From positions 1 through 64,000 of the forward strand of contig JBGCDR010000156.1 in assembly GCA_045105515.1 (NCBI GenBank): a DNA stretch of 64,000 nt, in the 5' to 3' direction. The translations under genes were made by a program, and so were the position numbers. The DNA is from Oligoflexales bacterium (GTDB taxonomy: Bacteria > Bdellovibrionota_B > Oligoflexia > Oligoflexales > Bog-1112). Of this stretch, positions 38,622 to 48,843 are shown piece after piece (position 1 is the first letter of the stretch; each line of letters begins with the position of its first letter). The notes under the pieces were generated by a model, which saw only the letters and a list, made by a program, of their open reading frames with translations, had not been told where the DNA came from and did not search any database.

Positions 38622-39551
38622 TTAATCGTAAAGAGCATCCCAAAACAAAGCAAAAGGTCCAATTCCTTCTCTGCCACTGTACATACCTGTACCAAATAAG
38701 AAATTATCTTCCTTCGTATCAACAATATCCACATTCACACCAAGCTGGCTAATTAAGTTATCATCTAGATCTTTAAGAAAACTAATGGCTCCTTGGTCAT
38801 CACCCATTCGTACAAACGAAAAGGCAGCTAAAGTTTCTCTTCCAGGTTGTTCTAAATTATTTTCAGTAATTATTCGCTTAAATAAGTTTTTTACTTTTGA
38901 TGGGTCATTAGGTTGACCATCTGTCAAAATAATACAAGTGAACGGTTCTGATTTTCGTAAAAGTTGGGCAAGATGCTTGCTATACACTTCTTCTAAAGCT
39001 TCAGCTAGAGGAGTGCTACCTCTTTCTGGCCGGTTATTTTCAAAAAAATACTTTATATCTGAAACATTCGTCATAGACTCATATTGATGTTGGAGGTTGC
39101 TGTAACGATCACCATCCCACAACATGATATCTACCTTACCATCTTGGTCTAAACTCAATGAAAGCTCTGAAATACTTTCCGCAGCTACTCTTGCAGAGTC
39201 CCACCGAGTCCATTGTTGACCCATTGATTGGCCAGTAGGATTTTCATCTTCTGCATTCATAGAACCACTACGGTCGACCAAAATAAAGACTTCTCTTGCG
39301 GATAATCCTGCAATTTTTTCTTGATCATTTTTAGCCAGCTGAGGATCTTTTACAATATCCTCATAGTGCTCTTGTGACATGTTTGCCTTGGTCTTTTCAA
39401 CATCTCGTGTAAGCTCTTGACGCACAGGCTCAGGCATCTTTCCATTTTTAGTCACACCGTACTTGTTTTTTACTGGCTTGGCCGCAGCAATCCCAGCAAG
39501 AGCCAAGCTTGCAATGCCAACTGCAACAGGGAAACTTCGTAAAACATTCAT
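38622..39551 (-). CDS. Secreted vWA-domain protein (paralogue 1)
   Basis: Start refined to MNVLRSFP (GGAG SD); signal ending AAA; MIDAS DRSGS...GSTPL...LTDG. Confidence 0.9.
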   Translation of the reverse strand: MNVLRSFPVAVGIASLALAGIAAAKPVKNKYGVTKNGKMPEPVRQELTRDVEKTKANMSQEHYEDIVKDPQLAKNDQEKIAGLSAREVFILVDRSGSMNAEDENPTGQSMGQQWTRWDSARVAAESISELSLSLDQDGKVDIMLWDGDRYSNLQHQYESMTNVSDIKYFFENNRPERGSTPLAEALEEVYSKHLAQLLRKSEPFTCIILTDGQPNDPSKVKNLFKRIITENNLEQPGRETLAAFSFVRMGDDQGAISFLKDLDDNLISQLGVNVDIVDTKEDNFLFGTGMYSGREGIGPFALFWDALYD

Positions 39552-39612
39552 GACAGCACTCCATTCCACAGGTGTTGAGTAATCATTTATGTGTACCAAG
39601 GGCCCAGTACCG

Positions 39613-39631
39613 TAAACACAGATTGTGTTTA
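39613..39631. promoter_or_regulatory. Perfect palindrome, candidate regulator site
   Basis: TAAACACA-GAT-TGTGTTTA about 60 nt upstream of vWA paralogue 1. Confidence 0.4.
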
Positions 39632-39849
39632 TGATGGATTTGATTGAATTGCAATTTTTATTTGTTAAAAACTATCAATATTTTTTTTTACTATTATTTT
39701 TCAAGCTCTTAAAAATTAGAACGAGTTTTATTGACTTACCATTAATCAAACTCTTTTATGGTGAACATTAAAATGTGAAGCATTTAAGTTTATACTTTTG
39801 GATATAGATTTTTAATTTCGAATATCTGAAAAATGGAAAAGGTAATCTT

Positions 39850-40881
39850 ATGCCTAGGAATTTTCTCTTAGCTTTTTTTTTAACCATACACTTTTCTTGC
39901 ACTGCAACACACAACCCTTCATTTCAAGAAGCGGTTAGCAGAGTTGGGAATAATTTACAAACAAAAATCCTAAGGGAGTATTTCGAAACAAAGGGAATTC
40001 CAAGTTCAATGACTCCTAAAATGAGCCTTGTTAGATCCTATGAACAAGAATTTATTTCATCCCAAATGATCAACCTAGAGATACAGGGTCAGCCACTAAT
40101 TTTTGATATGGGATATAAAATTGAAGCTTTAATTCTCAAGCCTTCGCGAGATCAGAGTTTTCTTGAAAAGATGAAAGTAATATTTCCTTTCTTCAAACAA
40201 GATCAAACCGCAACTTTATGTCTCTATAAGAATTATCTAAAAGCTAAATATCTCAATGCTGAATCTATTAATTTATTTGGATCTCCTGTAAGAACCGATG
40301 CTGAGCTAGAGAGCCTAAGTAGTATATATCTGACTTCTGACTTGTTATCGATAGGAGATCCTGACGCTCCTGATCTTCACATGCATTCCTGCTATTTAAA
40401 ATACCAAAATGGCTACCAACAAGCTGCTCGCCAGGCTCTGCTCGATTATGAAGCTAATCTGTCTCTAGCTTTTCCAAGTCAGTCATGTTTATTACCGAAT
40501 TCTCGATTGAGACTTCGTGACAAAATTATGAGGGAAAATGGGGACCCATCTTGTTCGGCATGGTTTAGACAACTAAGGATCTCCGAAAAGCAGCAAGCTG
40601 TTCCACGATGCCTTCCCTTGGATCACTCAAACACCAAGCTTGGACTTTGTAGGCTTAGAGCCAGGGCAAACACTCCCGTTCCTTTTTTTCTCGATGAAAG
40701 AGGTTCCTTAAGCGTTTATAAATCAGGAAGGCTTATTATGAATATGACATCCCCATCGGTTGTTCAGTACCTATGCGATGAATCCCTAGGCTCTATGGAA
40801 AAAATTAAGAAGAATGGTGGCTGGTTTCGCTACTTTCAGGTAGAGTGCGAACCACCAAAAGCTGCGATAGATCATTTTTAA
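39850..40881 (+). CDS. Hypothetical Cys-rich lipoprotein
   Basis: Leader ending HFSC; several Cys in the C-terminal half. Confidence 0.7.
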   Translation: MPRNFLLAFFLTIHFSCTATHNPSFQEAVSRVGNNLQTKILREYFETKGIPSSMTPKMSLVRSYEQEFISSQMINLEIQGQPLIFDMGYKIEALILKPSRDQSFLEKMKVIFPFFKQDQTATLCLYKNYLKAKYLNAESINLFGSPVRTDAELESLSSIYLTSDLLSIGDPDAPDLHMHSCYLKYQNGYQQAARQALLDYEANLSLAFPSQSCLLPNSRLRLRDKIMRENGDPSCSAWFRQLRISEKQQAVPRCLPLDHSNTKLGLCRLRARANTPVPFFLDERGSLSVYKSGRLIMNMTSPSVVQYLCDESLGSMEKIKKNGGWFRYFQVECEPPKAAIDHF

Positions 40882-42050
40882 AAAGCTGTTTCCCCAGTTA
40901 TCTGCGCTCCCATTATTAGCATATGAATATCATTGGTGCCTTCATAGGTGCTGACAGTTTCAAGGTTACACATGTGTCGCATTGTTTTATACTCATCCAT
41001 TATCCCATTTGCACCTAGAATATCCCTACAAGTTCGGGCGACATCCAATGCTAGCTCACAATTATTTTGTTTTGCTAAGCTTATTTGCGCGAAATGTAGG
41101 CCCTTTTGATTTTTAAGCTCACCAATGCGTTGAGCAAGAAGTTGACCTTGAGTGATTTTTGCAAGCATCAAGGCAAGTTTGCGCTGTACCAACTGCTTTG
41201 TTGATAGGGGCTTTCCAAACAATATTCGGTCTTTAACATAGGTGCACACTTCATCAAAGCAAGCCTCAGCAGCTCCTAATACCCCCCAAGAAATTCCATA
41301 CCTTGCTTGAGAAAGGCATGCAAGAGCACTTTTTAATCCATGCGCTTTTGGCAATACTGCATCCTTAGGCAACCTTACCTGATCAAAATATAGCTCAGAA
41401 CTGACCGAAGCTCTCAGAGAGAGTTTTCCTATCATTTTTTTAGCAGTAACTCCCGGAGAATCCATCGGCACTAAAAAACCACGAAAAGAGTCCGATGTTT
41501 TAGCCCATACTACGGCAATTTTTGCTAGGTTGCCATTGGTAATCCACATTTTAGACCCAGTGAGTAACCAATGATCTCCCTGGTCTTCTGCTCTTGTTTT
41601 CATTGCAGATGGATCAGAACCTCCTTGAGATTCAGTAAGCCCAAAACAACCAACTATTTCACCTTTTGCAAGCGGAGAAAGCCATTTTATTTTTTGTTCT
41701 TCACTACCAAAAGCATAGATGGGATACATAACTAAGGCTCCTTGTACAGAAGCAAAACTACGTAATCCAGAGTCACATCTTTCTAACTCTTTCATGACAA
41801 TACCATAGGAAATTTCATCCAAACCTGGTAAGCCATATCCCACTAAATTTGAGCCAAGTAGTCCAATCTCACCTAACCTGGGAATAAGGCTGCTTGGAAA
41901 GCTTTCTTCGCGATAAGCCTTTTGAATATAGGGCTCTGCTTCACGCTTGATAAACTCTCGGGTAGTACTCTCAATTGATTTCTGTTCCTCTGACCACAAG
42001 TCTTTAATAGATAAAAAGTCCGGAATAGGATTACTATGGGGACGGTTCAT
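40878..42050 (-). CDS. gcdH: Acyl-CoA dehydrogenase, glutaryl-CoA dehydrogenase-like
   Basis: ELERCDSGLRSFASVQGALVM, GCFGLTE...GSDP, KMWITNG and TYEGTNDIH motifs. Confidence 0.85.
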   Translation of the reverse strand: MNRPHSNPIPDFLSIKDLWSEEQKSIESTTREFIKREAEPYIQKAYREESFPSSLIPRLGEIGLLGSNLVGYGLPGLDEISYGIVMKELERCDSGLRSFASVQGALVMYPIYAFGSEEQKIKWLSPLAKGEIVGCFGLTESQGGSDPSAMKTRAEDQGDHWLLTGSKMWITNGNLAKIAVVWAKTSDSFRGFLVPMDSPGVTAKKMIGKLSLRASVSSELYFDQVRLPKDAVLPKAHGLKSALACLSQARYGISWGVLGAAEACFDEVCTYVKDRILFGKPLSTKQLVQRKLALMLAKITQGQLLAQRIGELKNQKGLHFAQISLAKQNNCELALDVARTCRDILGANGIMDEYKTMRHMCNLETVSTYEGTNDIHMLIMGAQITGETAF

Positions 42051-42090
42051 TAGGAGGCTCCATTCTCAAGATCTTTGGATAAATCCTGGG

Positions 42091-42699
42091 TTAGCGACGA
42101 GCCCAGGCTACCGTAAAATTAGAGATCAAGAATAGAGCTAAGAGCATTAAAATCAAAGATAGAAAAATCCCCCCCTCGAGATAATACATCTTCAAATAAG
42201 TTAGAATGAGTAATAGAAATAATAAGCCTAGCAAACTAATAAGCTCAGAAACACCTAAATTTTTGCCAGGTTTCTGCGGTGGTAGTTGTCTTCCCTTTGG
42301 AAAAAATGGAATTAACTGTGGAAAAAAAAGCGCCACTTTTTCCTTCCTCCCTCCCATAAATTCCACACTTCTATACCGTTCACCTAATTGAATAAGTTGT
42401 TTACTGCAGAAAAAATAGAAAATCAAAGCAGGAACAAAACTATGAATATTCCCTGCGGCCAAACCTATTCCAAGTAAGATCATTAGTCCAGACACTTGTG
42501 TGGGGTATCTAACAAAATTTTGTGGCCCTACAATACCAACTCTATCAGAAAGAGGTACATAGACAGTCCAAATTCTAACCACAGCACCTAGAAAACAAAT
42601 AAAGCTACCTAACTTGAAAGAAGACAAGTTAGGCTCAGCAAGACAAACAATAAAAAACCAAAGACAGGGTTCAAACCAATAACGTAAGCGTATTTTCAT
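42091..42699 (-). CDS. ICMT/PEMT-family membrane methyltransferase-like protein (divergent)
   Basis: Multi-TM; GAVVRIW...GPQNFVRYP..SG versus canonical GPYxxVRHPxYxG; V..FFPQL. Confidence 0.55.
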   Translation of the reverse strand: MKIRLRYWFEPCLWFFIVCLAEPNLSSFKLGSFICFLGAVVRIWTVYVPLSDRVGIVGPQNFVRYPTQVSGLMILLGIGLAAGNIHSFVPALIFYFFCSKQLIQLGERYRSVEFMGGRKEKVALFFPQLIPFFPKGRQLPPQKPGKNLGVSELISLLGLLFLLLILTYLKMYYLEGGIFLSLILMLLALFLISNFTVAWARR

Positions 42700-42720
42700 A
42701 AAAAAACCTTGATAGAGAAT

Positions 42721-43590
42721 CTACAGGGTCATTTTATCATCAAATCGCCAGCGCTTATAATTCCAGCACCATTGTTCTGGATAAGCTTTGATAACATGCT
42801 CAATTTCTTGAGCCATAATCTGAGTTAGGACTTGGATATCACTGCATTCTTGCCCAATATCAAGAATTTTTTTAGTAATAATACGGTACCGCAACTTACC
42901 AACTCTCACACAAAACACAGCAATTATCGGATTTTTAAATTTTATGGCCATTTGAGCAGGGCCTCCAACAAATTCAGTTTTTTGGCCCCAAAATTCCACC
43001 TTCGGCCCACGTCGGCCCATTGGCTTTTGGTCCATAACAAAACCCAGCCACGAACCCTCTTTAAGAGCTTTGATCATATTTTTTTGAGCAGACACTCCAG
43101 AAGTCCAAAGTACCAATATTTTCATCTTCGACCGGATTCGATCTAATATTTCTGTGGCTATCTTATATTTTGATGGTTTTGCGAGAGCATAGAACTTACA
43201 TTGGGCCATTCTCGAGCTTAAATAGCCAACAAGCTCCCAACTCCCAAGATGAGCAGTTACTAAGATTTGACCCTGTTTGTTCTTTTCCAAGGAACTAATT
43301 TCTGCGCCAAACTCTTCCATACCTTCGAAGGTGATACACCCAGGAAAAAGGACCTCCAGAAGTGTTTCAAAGGCAATTATGATCTGACTATGATAAACCT
43401 GCCTGATGAACATATTTGCGAAAGTTGATTTTGGTCTTAGAGACCAAATTCGTTCGAGGTTGTCCTCAAACCATTTAGTCTCTTTGCGACTGAAGCAGCT
43501 CCTTAGCATTGATAGAAAATTTGCACTCAAAGAAATGAAACCGAAGAGCAATGGAGGCAATTTGGAGGGTGAGGGTAGGTCTTTATTCAA
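42721..43590 (-). CDS. Lipid A biosynthesis lauroyl/myristoyl acyltransferase family (LpxL-like)
   Basis: TAHLGSWE (HX4E), FVMDQ and YPEQWCWNYKRWR motifs. Confidence 0.85.
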   Translation of the reverse strand: MNKDLPSPSKLPPLLFGFISLSANFLSMLRSCFSRKETKWFEDNLERIWSLRPKSTFANMFIRQVYHSQIIIAFETLLEVLFPGCITFEGMEEFGAEISSLEKNKQGQILVTAHLGSWELVGYLSSRMAQCKFYALAKPSKYKIATEILDRIRSKMKILVLWTSGVSAQKNMIKALKEGSWLGFVMDQKPMGRRGPKVEFWGQKTEFVGGPAQMAIKFKNPIIAVFCVRVGKLRYRIITKKILDIGQECSDIQVLTQIMAQEIEHVIKAYPEQWCWNYKRWRFDDKMTL

Positions 43591-44518
43591 AGTCGGCTCC
43601 TAAGGCTTCTAATCTCTTCAGCTGAGCCTCTTCGAAAAATTCTCTAGCTTTGTACGAACTCCTTACCAGAGGTCCACAAACTACTCCCAAAAATCCAAGA
43701 TCTTTTGCAGTATCCTCTAACTCTCTAAAAACCTCGGGCGCAACCCATTCCTTAACGCTCAAATGTTTTCGGGTTGGGCGCATATACTGACCAATCGTTA
43801 ATAAATCAACACCAGCTTCCCTCAAGTCCTTCATACTCTTGACAACTTCCGAACTTTTTTCTCCTAAACCTAACATCAGAGCACTTTTAGTTAGGACTGG
43901 GTAACTGGCAAGTTCTTTAGCGGCAGCTAAGCTTTTTAATGACTGAAAATATGAAGCTCTTGCATCCCTTACCCTGGGAGTCAGACGCTCGACCGTTTCC
44001 AAGTTATGAGCATAAACCTCAGGTCGAGCGCAAAGAATAGTCTCAAGAGCTGAGTGTAAGCCTCGGAAGTCTCCTGCTAACAGTTCTACTTTGATGCCAG
44101 GATTTTCAACTTTTACTTCGTCAATCACCTTTGTCACATGGCTAGCTCCCCCATCGGCCAAGTCATCACGATCAACCATTGTAATAACCACATAACGTAA
44201 TTGCATAATTTGACTGCTTTTTGCTACCTGGGCTGGCTCCTGAAGATCAAGAAAACCTTCGGGATTCCCTGTTTTGACATTGCAGAATCGGCAAGCTCTA
44301 GTGCAGGTATCACCTAAAACCATAAAAGTTGCTGTTTTGGTATTCCAACATTCGCCAATATTGGGGCATTTTGCTTCTTCACATACAGTAACGAGCTTTC
44401 GAGACCTTAGGTCTTTTTTAATGTCAAAATAAACCTGACCTGTGGGAATTTTTGTTTTTAACCACGCAGGTTTATTAATATGGAGATCTTTTGCCTTGTT
44501 TTTAGAAACTTCTGTCAT
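43583..44518 (-). CDS. lipA: Lipoyl synthase
   Basis: KPAWLK, TVCEEAKCPNIGEC, CTRACRFC, HNLETV and VRSSY motifs. Confidence 0.97.
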   Translation of the reverse strand: MTEVSKNKAKDLHINKPAWLKTKIPTGQVYFDIKKDLRSRKLVTVCEEAKCPNIGECWNTKTATFMVLGDTCTRACRFCNVKTGNPEGFLDLQEPAQVAKSSQIMQLRYVVITMVDRDDLADGGASHVTKVIDEVKVENPGIKVELLAGDFRGLHSALETILCARPEVYAHNLETVERLTPRVRDARASYFQSLKSLAAAKELASYPVLTKSALMLGLGEKSSEVVKSMKDLREAGVDLLTIGQYMRPTRKHLSVKEWVAPEVFRELEDTAKDLGFLGVVCGPLVRSSYKAREFFEEAQLKRLEALGADFE

Positions 44519-44853
44519 TCTACACCCCTTAATATGCAGTCAGGTCAACATCTTAAGCCAACAAGGTTACTTGATGAGGCATCATAATGATTTGCAGTAA
44601 GCTTGACCATAGCTTTTTACTTTTATCAAAAAATTCGAAAGGCAGCACAAATCGCTCAACGGTTGAACCTTAGCTAAACACCTTTTGATTTTATACCATT
44701 TTTTATATTGATATTAAGCTCTAATATTAGGAACTTATTGCTGACTTCTTCGCAATGGTTGCTGTTTTTCTAAAGCTAGTCTAAGTTAAACTCCGACGGC
44801 ACTATTTGTAGGCAGAATTTAATTGACGCTCTCTCGAGAAGGAATCTTTTTTC

Positions 44854-46260
44854 ATGAACTCAGAAAAAGTTCGAAAATTTGATGTGGTCATCATTGGTAG
44901 TGGACCAGGTGGTGAAGGGGCGGCGATGCAAGCTGCAAAACAGGGACTTAAAACCGTCATAATTGAGAAATTTCACCAAGTAGGTGGGAGCTGCACCCAC
45001 CAAGGAACCATTCCTTCAAAAGCCCTCAGACAAGTTGCTTACAGGTTAACAACCTTGCAGTCCGACTCGATATTTAGCAGTATTATCGACAGTGGAAGCC
45101 TGTCTTTCTCTGATTTACTCAAACGAGCAAAAACAGTGATCGCAAAGCAAGTACAGATGCGAACCAACCACTATCTAAGAAATGAAATTGAGGTCATCCA
45201 TGGAAATGCTACGCTAATAGATGAGCATACAATTGAAATAGAAGTATTAGATGGTAAAAGAGTTCTGGTTTCTGGTAAGCACGTAATTCTTGCAACTGGA
45301 TCAAGACCATTTCAGCCTAATAATATTGATTTTTCGCACCCTAGAATTTTCGACTCTGACTCCATCTTGACTTTAGACATTAAACCAAGAACTGTGACTG
45401 TTTATGGCGCTGGAGTTATTGGCTGTGAGTACACCAGTATATTTAGAGCACTAGGAAAAAAAGTAAACCTAATCAATACCCGCTCTAGTTTGTTAAGCTT
45501 TTTAGACGACGAAATCTCTGATGCCTTATCGTACCATTTACGCGATCAAGGAGTTCTTATTCGAAACAATGAGGAACTCGAGAATTTGGAAACCTTAGAT
45601 GATGGTGTTATTGCTCAGCTAAAATCAGGTAAACGTATTCGATCTGACATTATCTTGTTTGCTACCGGCCGCACTGGCAACTCAGAGAATCTGGGCTTAG
45701 AAGAATTGAAAATTGAGAGAAATAGTCGGGGGCATATCAAAGTTAACGAACACTGCCAAACAAGTCGCTCTCACATTTATGCTGTGGGGGATTTAACTGG
45801 TTTTCCTTCTCTAGCAAGCTCCGCTTATGATCAAGGTAGATTTGCTGCGTGTCATATTCTCAACCCAGACTGTGACGATTCTTTAGTCAAAGATATCCCA
45901 GTAGGGATATATACGAGTCCAGAAATTTCTTGCATCGGAAAAACAGAAAAAGAGCTGACCGACATGAAAATCCCATATGAGGTTGGGCATTCTTCTTTTC
46001 GTCATCTTGCAAGGGCACAAATCACCGGTCAAACAGTAGGAATGCTTAAAATTTTATTTCATTCGGAGACTTTGCAAATCCTTGGGATACATTGCTTTGG
46101 TCAAAATGCTGCGGAAATTGTTCACATTGGTCAAGCAATTATGTGTCAAGATGACGAATCAAACTCACTTAAGTACTTCATAAATACCACGTTCAACTAC
46201 CCTACTATGGCTGAAGCTTACAGGGTTGCAGCTCTTAATGGTATAAACCGTTTATGCTAG
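44854..46260 (+). CDS. sthA: Soluble (Si-specific) pyridine nucleotide transhydrogenase
   Basis: [23 protein letters not shown] (no second Cys), [10 protein letters not shown] and [18 protein letters not shown] motifs. Confidence 0.95.
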   Translation: MNSEKVRKFDVVIIGSGPGGEGAAMQAAKQGLKTVIIEKFHQVGGSCTHQGTIPSKALRQVAYRLTTLQSDSIFSSIIDSGSLSFSDLLKRAKTVIAKQVQMRTNHYLRNEIEVIHGNATLIDEHTIEIEVLDGKRVLVSGKHVILATGSRPFQPNNIDFSHPRIFDSDSILTLDIKPRTVTVYGAGVIGCEYTSIFRALGKKVNLINTRSSLLSFLDDEISDALSYHLRDQGVLIRNNEELENLETLDDGVIAQLKSGKRIRSDIILFATGRTGNSENLGLEELKIERNSRGHIKVNEHCQTSRSHIYAVGDLTGFPSLASSAYDQGRFAACHILNPDCDDSLVKDIPVGIYTSPEISCIGKTEKELTDMKIPYEVGHSSFRHLARAQITGQTVGMLKILFHSETLQILGIHCFGQNAAEIVHIGQAIMCQDDESNSLKYFINTTFNYPTMAEAYRVAALNGINRLC

Positions 46261-46553
46261 TCACACTCAGAATTTAGATTCCTCATATTCGGATGAACTA
46301 GCCAATGTAACTGAGGCCAGAAACAAGTATCCGCAAAATTAGCATGTTTTAACACAAACTAGATCTTACGATATTTCAAAAGAATCTACCAGGGTCTTAA
46401 AATGTAAGCAACTTTTAAATTATCAGATCTAAAACTGGAAAATCTCGAATTTTCAGGAAACAAAATCAGATCATTGGATGGGTTTTCCACTTGAATTTTC
46501 TTGATTTGCATAAAGACAATAAAAAATTGGTATACTCGGAGATTATTTATCAT

Positions 46554-47663
46554 TTATTCTACTTGGTTTAATCTGAATTCACTGCAGTCTAGATTGTGTA
46601 CGTTTTCGCTCAAACCATCTGGGCCAATATAATCATTCAAAAGTACATTATAGTCTCCCTCTTGTTTACACTTTTGATAAGTTTTCCAAGGCTCCAACGC
46701 GCACGGAGAATGTATCTGAAGTGAGCCATTGGACTTCTTCTTGACCACCTTGAGACAAGCATTCATATTATTATTTGGTCCAATATAAATTTCTTCATTA
46801 GGTGTAATCGATCCAGGAGCTGGTGTATCATCTTCAAATTTTGACGGGTCCGATTTCCTTTTCTCATGATAATTTTCTATTTCATTACTGCACTTACATG
46901 TTGAGGGAGAAAGTCCTCCACCTTTTTCCGGGCAATAAAGCATTGGACCATCCAGTATCCCTAGATTTCTTGCACCATACTTTACCCAAGTCTGCTTTTT
47001 ATTCATGTCCCTAGATATTTCTACATCTTGCTCTGAGCAGTAGACAAAATACCATTTATTGTTGCTCATTACTACAAGCGTATTTGGTGCATATTTTATA
47101 TCATCTTCATTAATATCAAATTGATTTTCGTTGGGAAGCTCACAGGTGTCATGTCCTGGCTGATCAATATCGTTTTCAATCACAAATGTAAAGCCATGCC
47201 CATTGCTATCTTTCTCTTCCTTCTCTCCATTCTGATTCACACACACGAGATTTTCGGCACACTCAAGACTATTATCACAATCTCCCTCCCCTTGCCTAAG
47301 TAACGGAAGGCCTGCATCGTCTGTCTCTGTGAAATCTTTCAAATCAGATTCTTGTATCGATGTATCTTTTGAACCTAGATCTTCAATCAATTTATCTTCC
47401 GAATCCGGAACTTCCATCGGAATATCTTCTGAATCAGAGTCTACCATCAATGTTTCTTCTAAATCAGGGTCTTCAATCGTATCAGATGATTCGAGGTCAG
47501 TTGAAGGGTTAGATAGATCTGTTGAAATATTTTCACTTGTAACTTTTTTGATTGAATCAGACTTCAGTTCTGATTCGCCACATGAAATCTGGGTAATGAT
47601 ACCGATTAATATCAGAATATTCCGAAATAATCGAAATTGTATGGGTATCGCAAGCATATCCAA
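46554..47663 (-). CDS. Lipoprotein with acidic linker and Cys-rich domains
   Basis: Lipobox QISC; D/E/S-rich linker; GEGDCDNSLECAENLVC motif. A GAGGAG SD suggests the start may be ATG 47657. Confidence 0.7.
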   Translation of the reverse strand: MDMLAIPIQFRLFRNILILIGIITQISCGESELKSDSIKKVTSENISTDLSNPSTDLESSDTIEDPDLEETLMVDSDSEDIPMEVPDSEDKLIEDLGSKDTSIQESDLKDFTETDDAGLPLLRQGEGDCDNSLECAENLVCVNQNGEKEEKDSNGHGFTFVIENDIDQPGHDTCELPNENQFDINEDDIKYAPNTLVVMSNNKWYFVYCSEQDVEISRDMNKKQTWVKYGARNLGILDGPMLYCPEKGGGLSPSTCKCSNEIENYHEKRKSDPSKFEDDTPAPGSITPNEEIYIGPNNNMNACLKVVKKKSNGSLQIHSPCALEPWKTYQKCKQEGDYNVLLNDYIGPDGLSENVHNLDCSEFRLNQVE

Positions 47664-47932
47664 GCACTCCTCTTATATTATAGACGATCGTCCTTTATTA
47701 TAGGATAAATTAATTTTGAGCTTAACTACTTAAGATTAATAAGTTAGTTACAATTTTTAATTTCTCTTGTTACTTCTTAAAAGTCGGGGTATCGAACCCT
47801 GCAATTCGCTACAGTCCCACGCTTCTGAGTGACTTTTCGCTGCTTTAGCTCTTGTGCTGCTACAATTGATTTATCGCTAGAGTTTAATTCAAGTGACTTA
47901 TTTGAAACAGAATCATAAACGTTTTATGCTAT

Positions 47933-48832
47933 TCATTGCATAAAATTTAGCAAAGATGGTTGGAGTAGTTTATTCGAGGCAAGCAATGTGCTCTGAAGCA
48001 CAGCTTCGGTCCTTTTGAAGTCAGATGTTGCTTTGTAGATATCGGCATCTTCAATTTTTGATAGGAAAGTGTTTTTTTGTAGTTCATCATAATCGAGCTT
48101 TTGATCAGCTTCTTCGATTGCTTTCCAAGTGGCACCGACACTAGCTTGGAAACTTGATAATTTATCTAATTGGAAACTAAATTCACCAATGCTCTTGTAA
48201 ATAGCTTCTTTGTCGTCATGATTTAGACCATGTAATAGCAGACCAAGCGCATCTAACAGATTAAAGTGTCCTTCTTGACGTTCATCAGGGTTAGCTTCAA
48301 AAAGCTCTCTACCAGGTATATTAATGCGTTTATATTGTTCCTCACCAATTTGTAGAAAGATCTGTCCATCATCCCCTAAAAAATTTCCATCTAAATCGAC
48401 AGCGGGAGACAAACTACGAAACCCTGAAAAAACGTACTTAGCCCCATACTTACTATTTGCAAGTGAGCTTACTTCATTCATGATTTCTTTAACTTCCTTC
48501 GCTGTTATGCCGCGATTTATCCCATCATAAGTATCGTTTGCCATCGAAATCGCTAACTCTTGAGCTCTTTCAATCCTCTGATGCAAATTAGAAATTGCAG
48601 TTTCAGTAACGTCCAAGAAGCCTTTTGAGTAGTCGATATTCTCTTTATAGGATTTGATCTCAGACAAACGATCTTTGAGTTTAAGACTTCGAACAACCCC
48701 AATAGGATCATCATGAAGCTTGTTAATTCGTTTTTGAGTTGAGAGAATATCGAGAGCCTGGGTATTATTAGTTCGCCCTTTATCAATTCGACGATTTGCA
48801 ACCCAATATTTTTGTCTTTCAGAAATGCGCAT
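47933..48832 (-). CDS. flgL: Flagellar hook-associated protein 3
   Basis: MRIS...KRINKLHDDPIG, YVFSG and SLLNFM motifs; follows flgK. Confidence 0.93.
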   Translation of the reverse strand: MRISERQKYWVANRRIDKGRTNNTQALDILSTQKRINKLHDDPIGVVRSLKLKDRLSEIKSYKENIDYSKGFLDVTETAISNLHQRIERAQELAISMANDTYDGINRGITAKEVKEIMNEVSSLANSKYGAKYVFSGFRSLSPAVDLDGNFLGDDGQIFLQIGEEQYKRINIPGRELFEANPDERQEGHFNLLDALGLLLHGLNHDDKEAIYKSIGEFSFQLDKLSSFQASVGATWKAIEEADQKLDYDELQKNTFLSKIEDADIYKATSDFKRTEAVLQSTLLASNKLLQPSLLNFMQ

Positions 48833-48843
48833 TCAAAGAACCT

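Noticed and set aside
44854..46260. Dihydrolipoamide dehydrogenase (suggested by the adjacent lipA)
   Set aside because: It lacks the CxxxxC redox disulfide (CTHQGT) and has the SthA C-terminal [10 protein letters not shown] motif.
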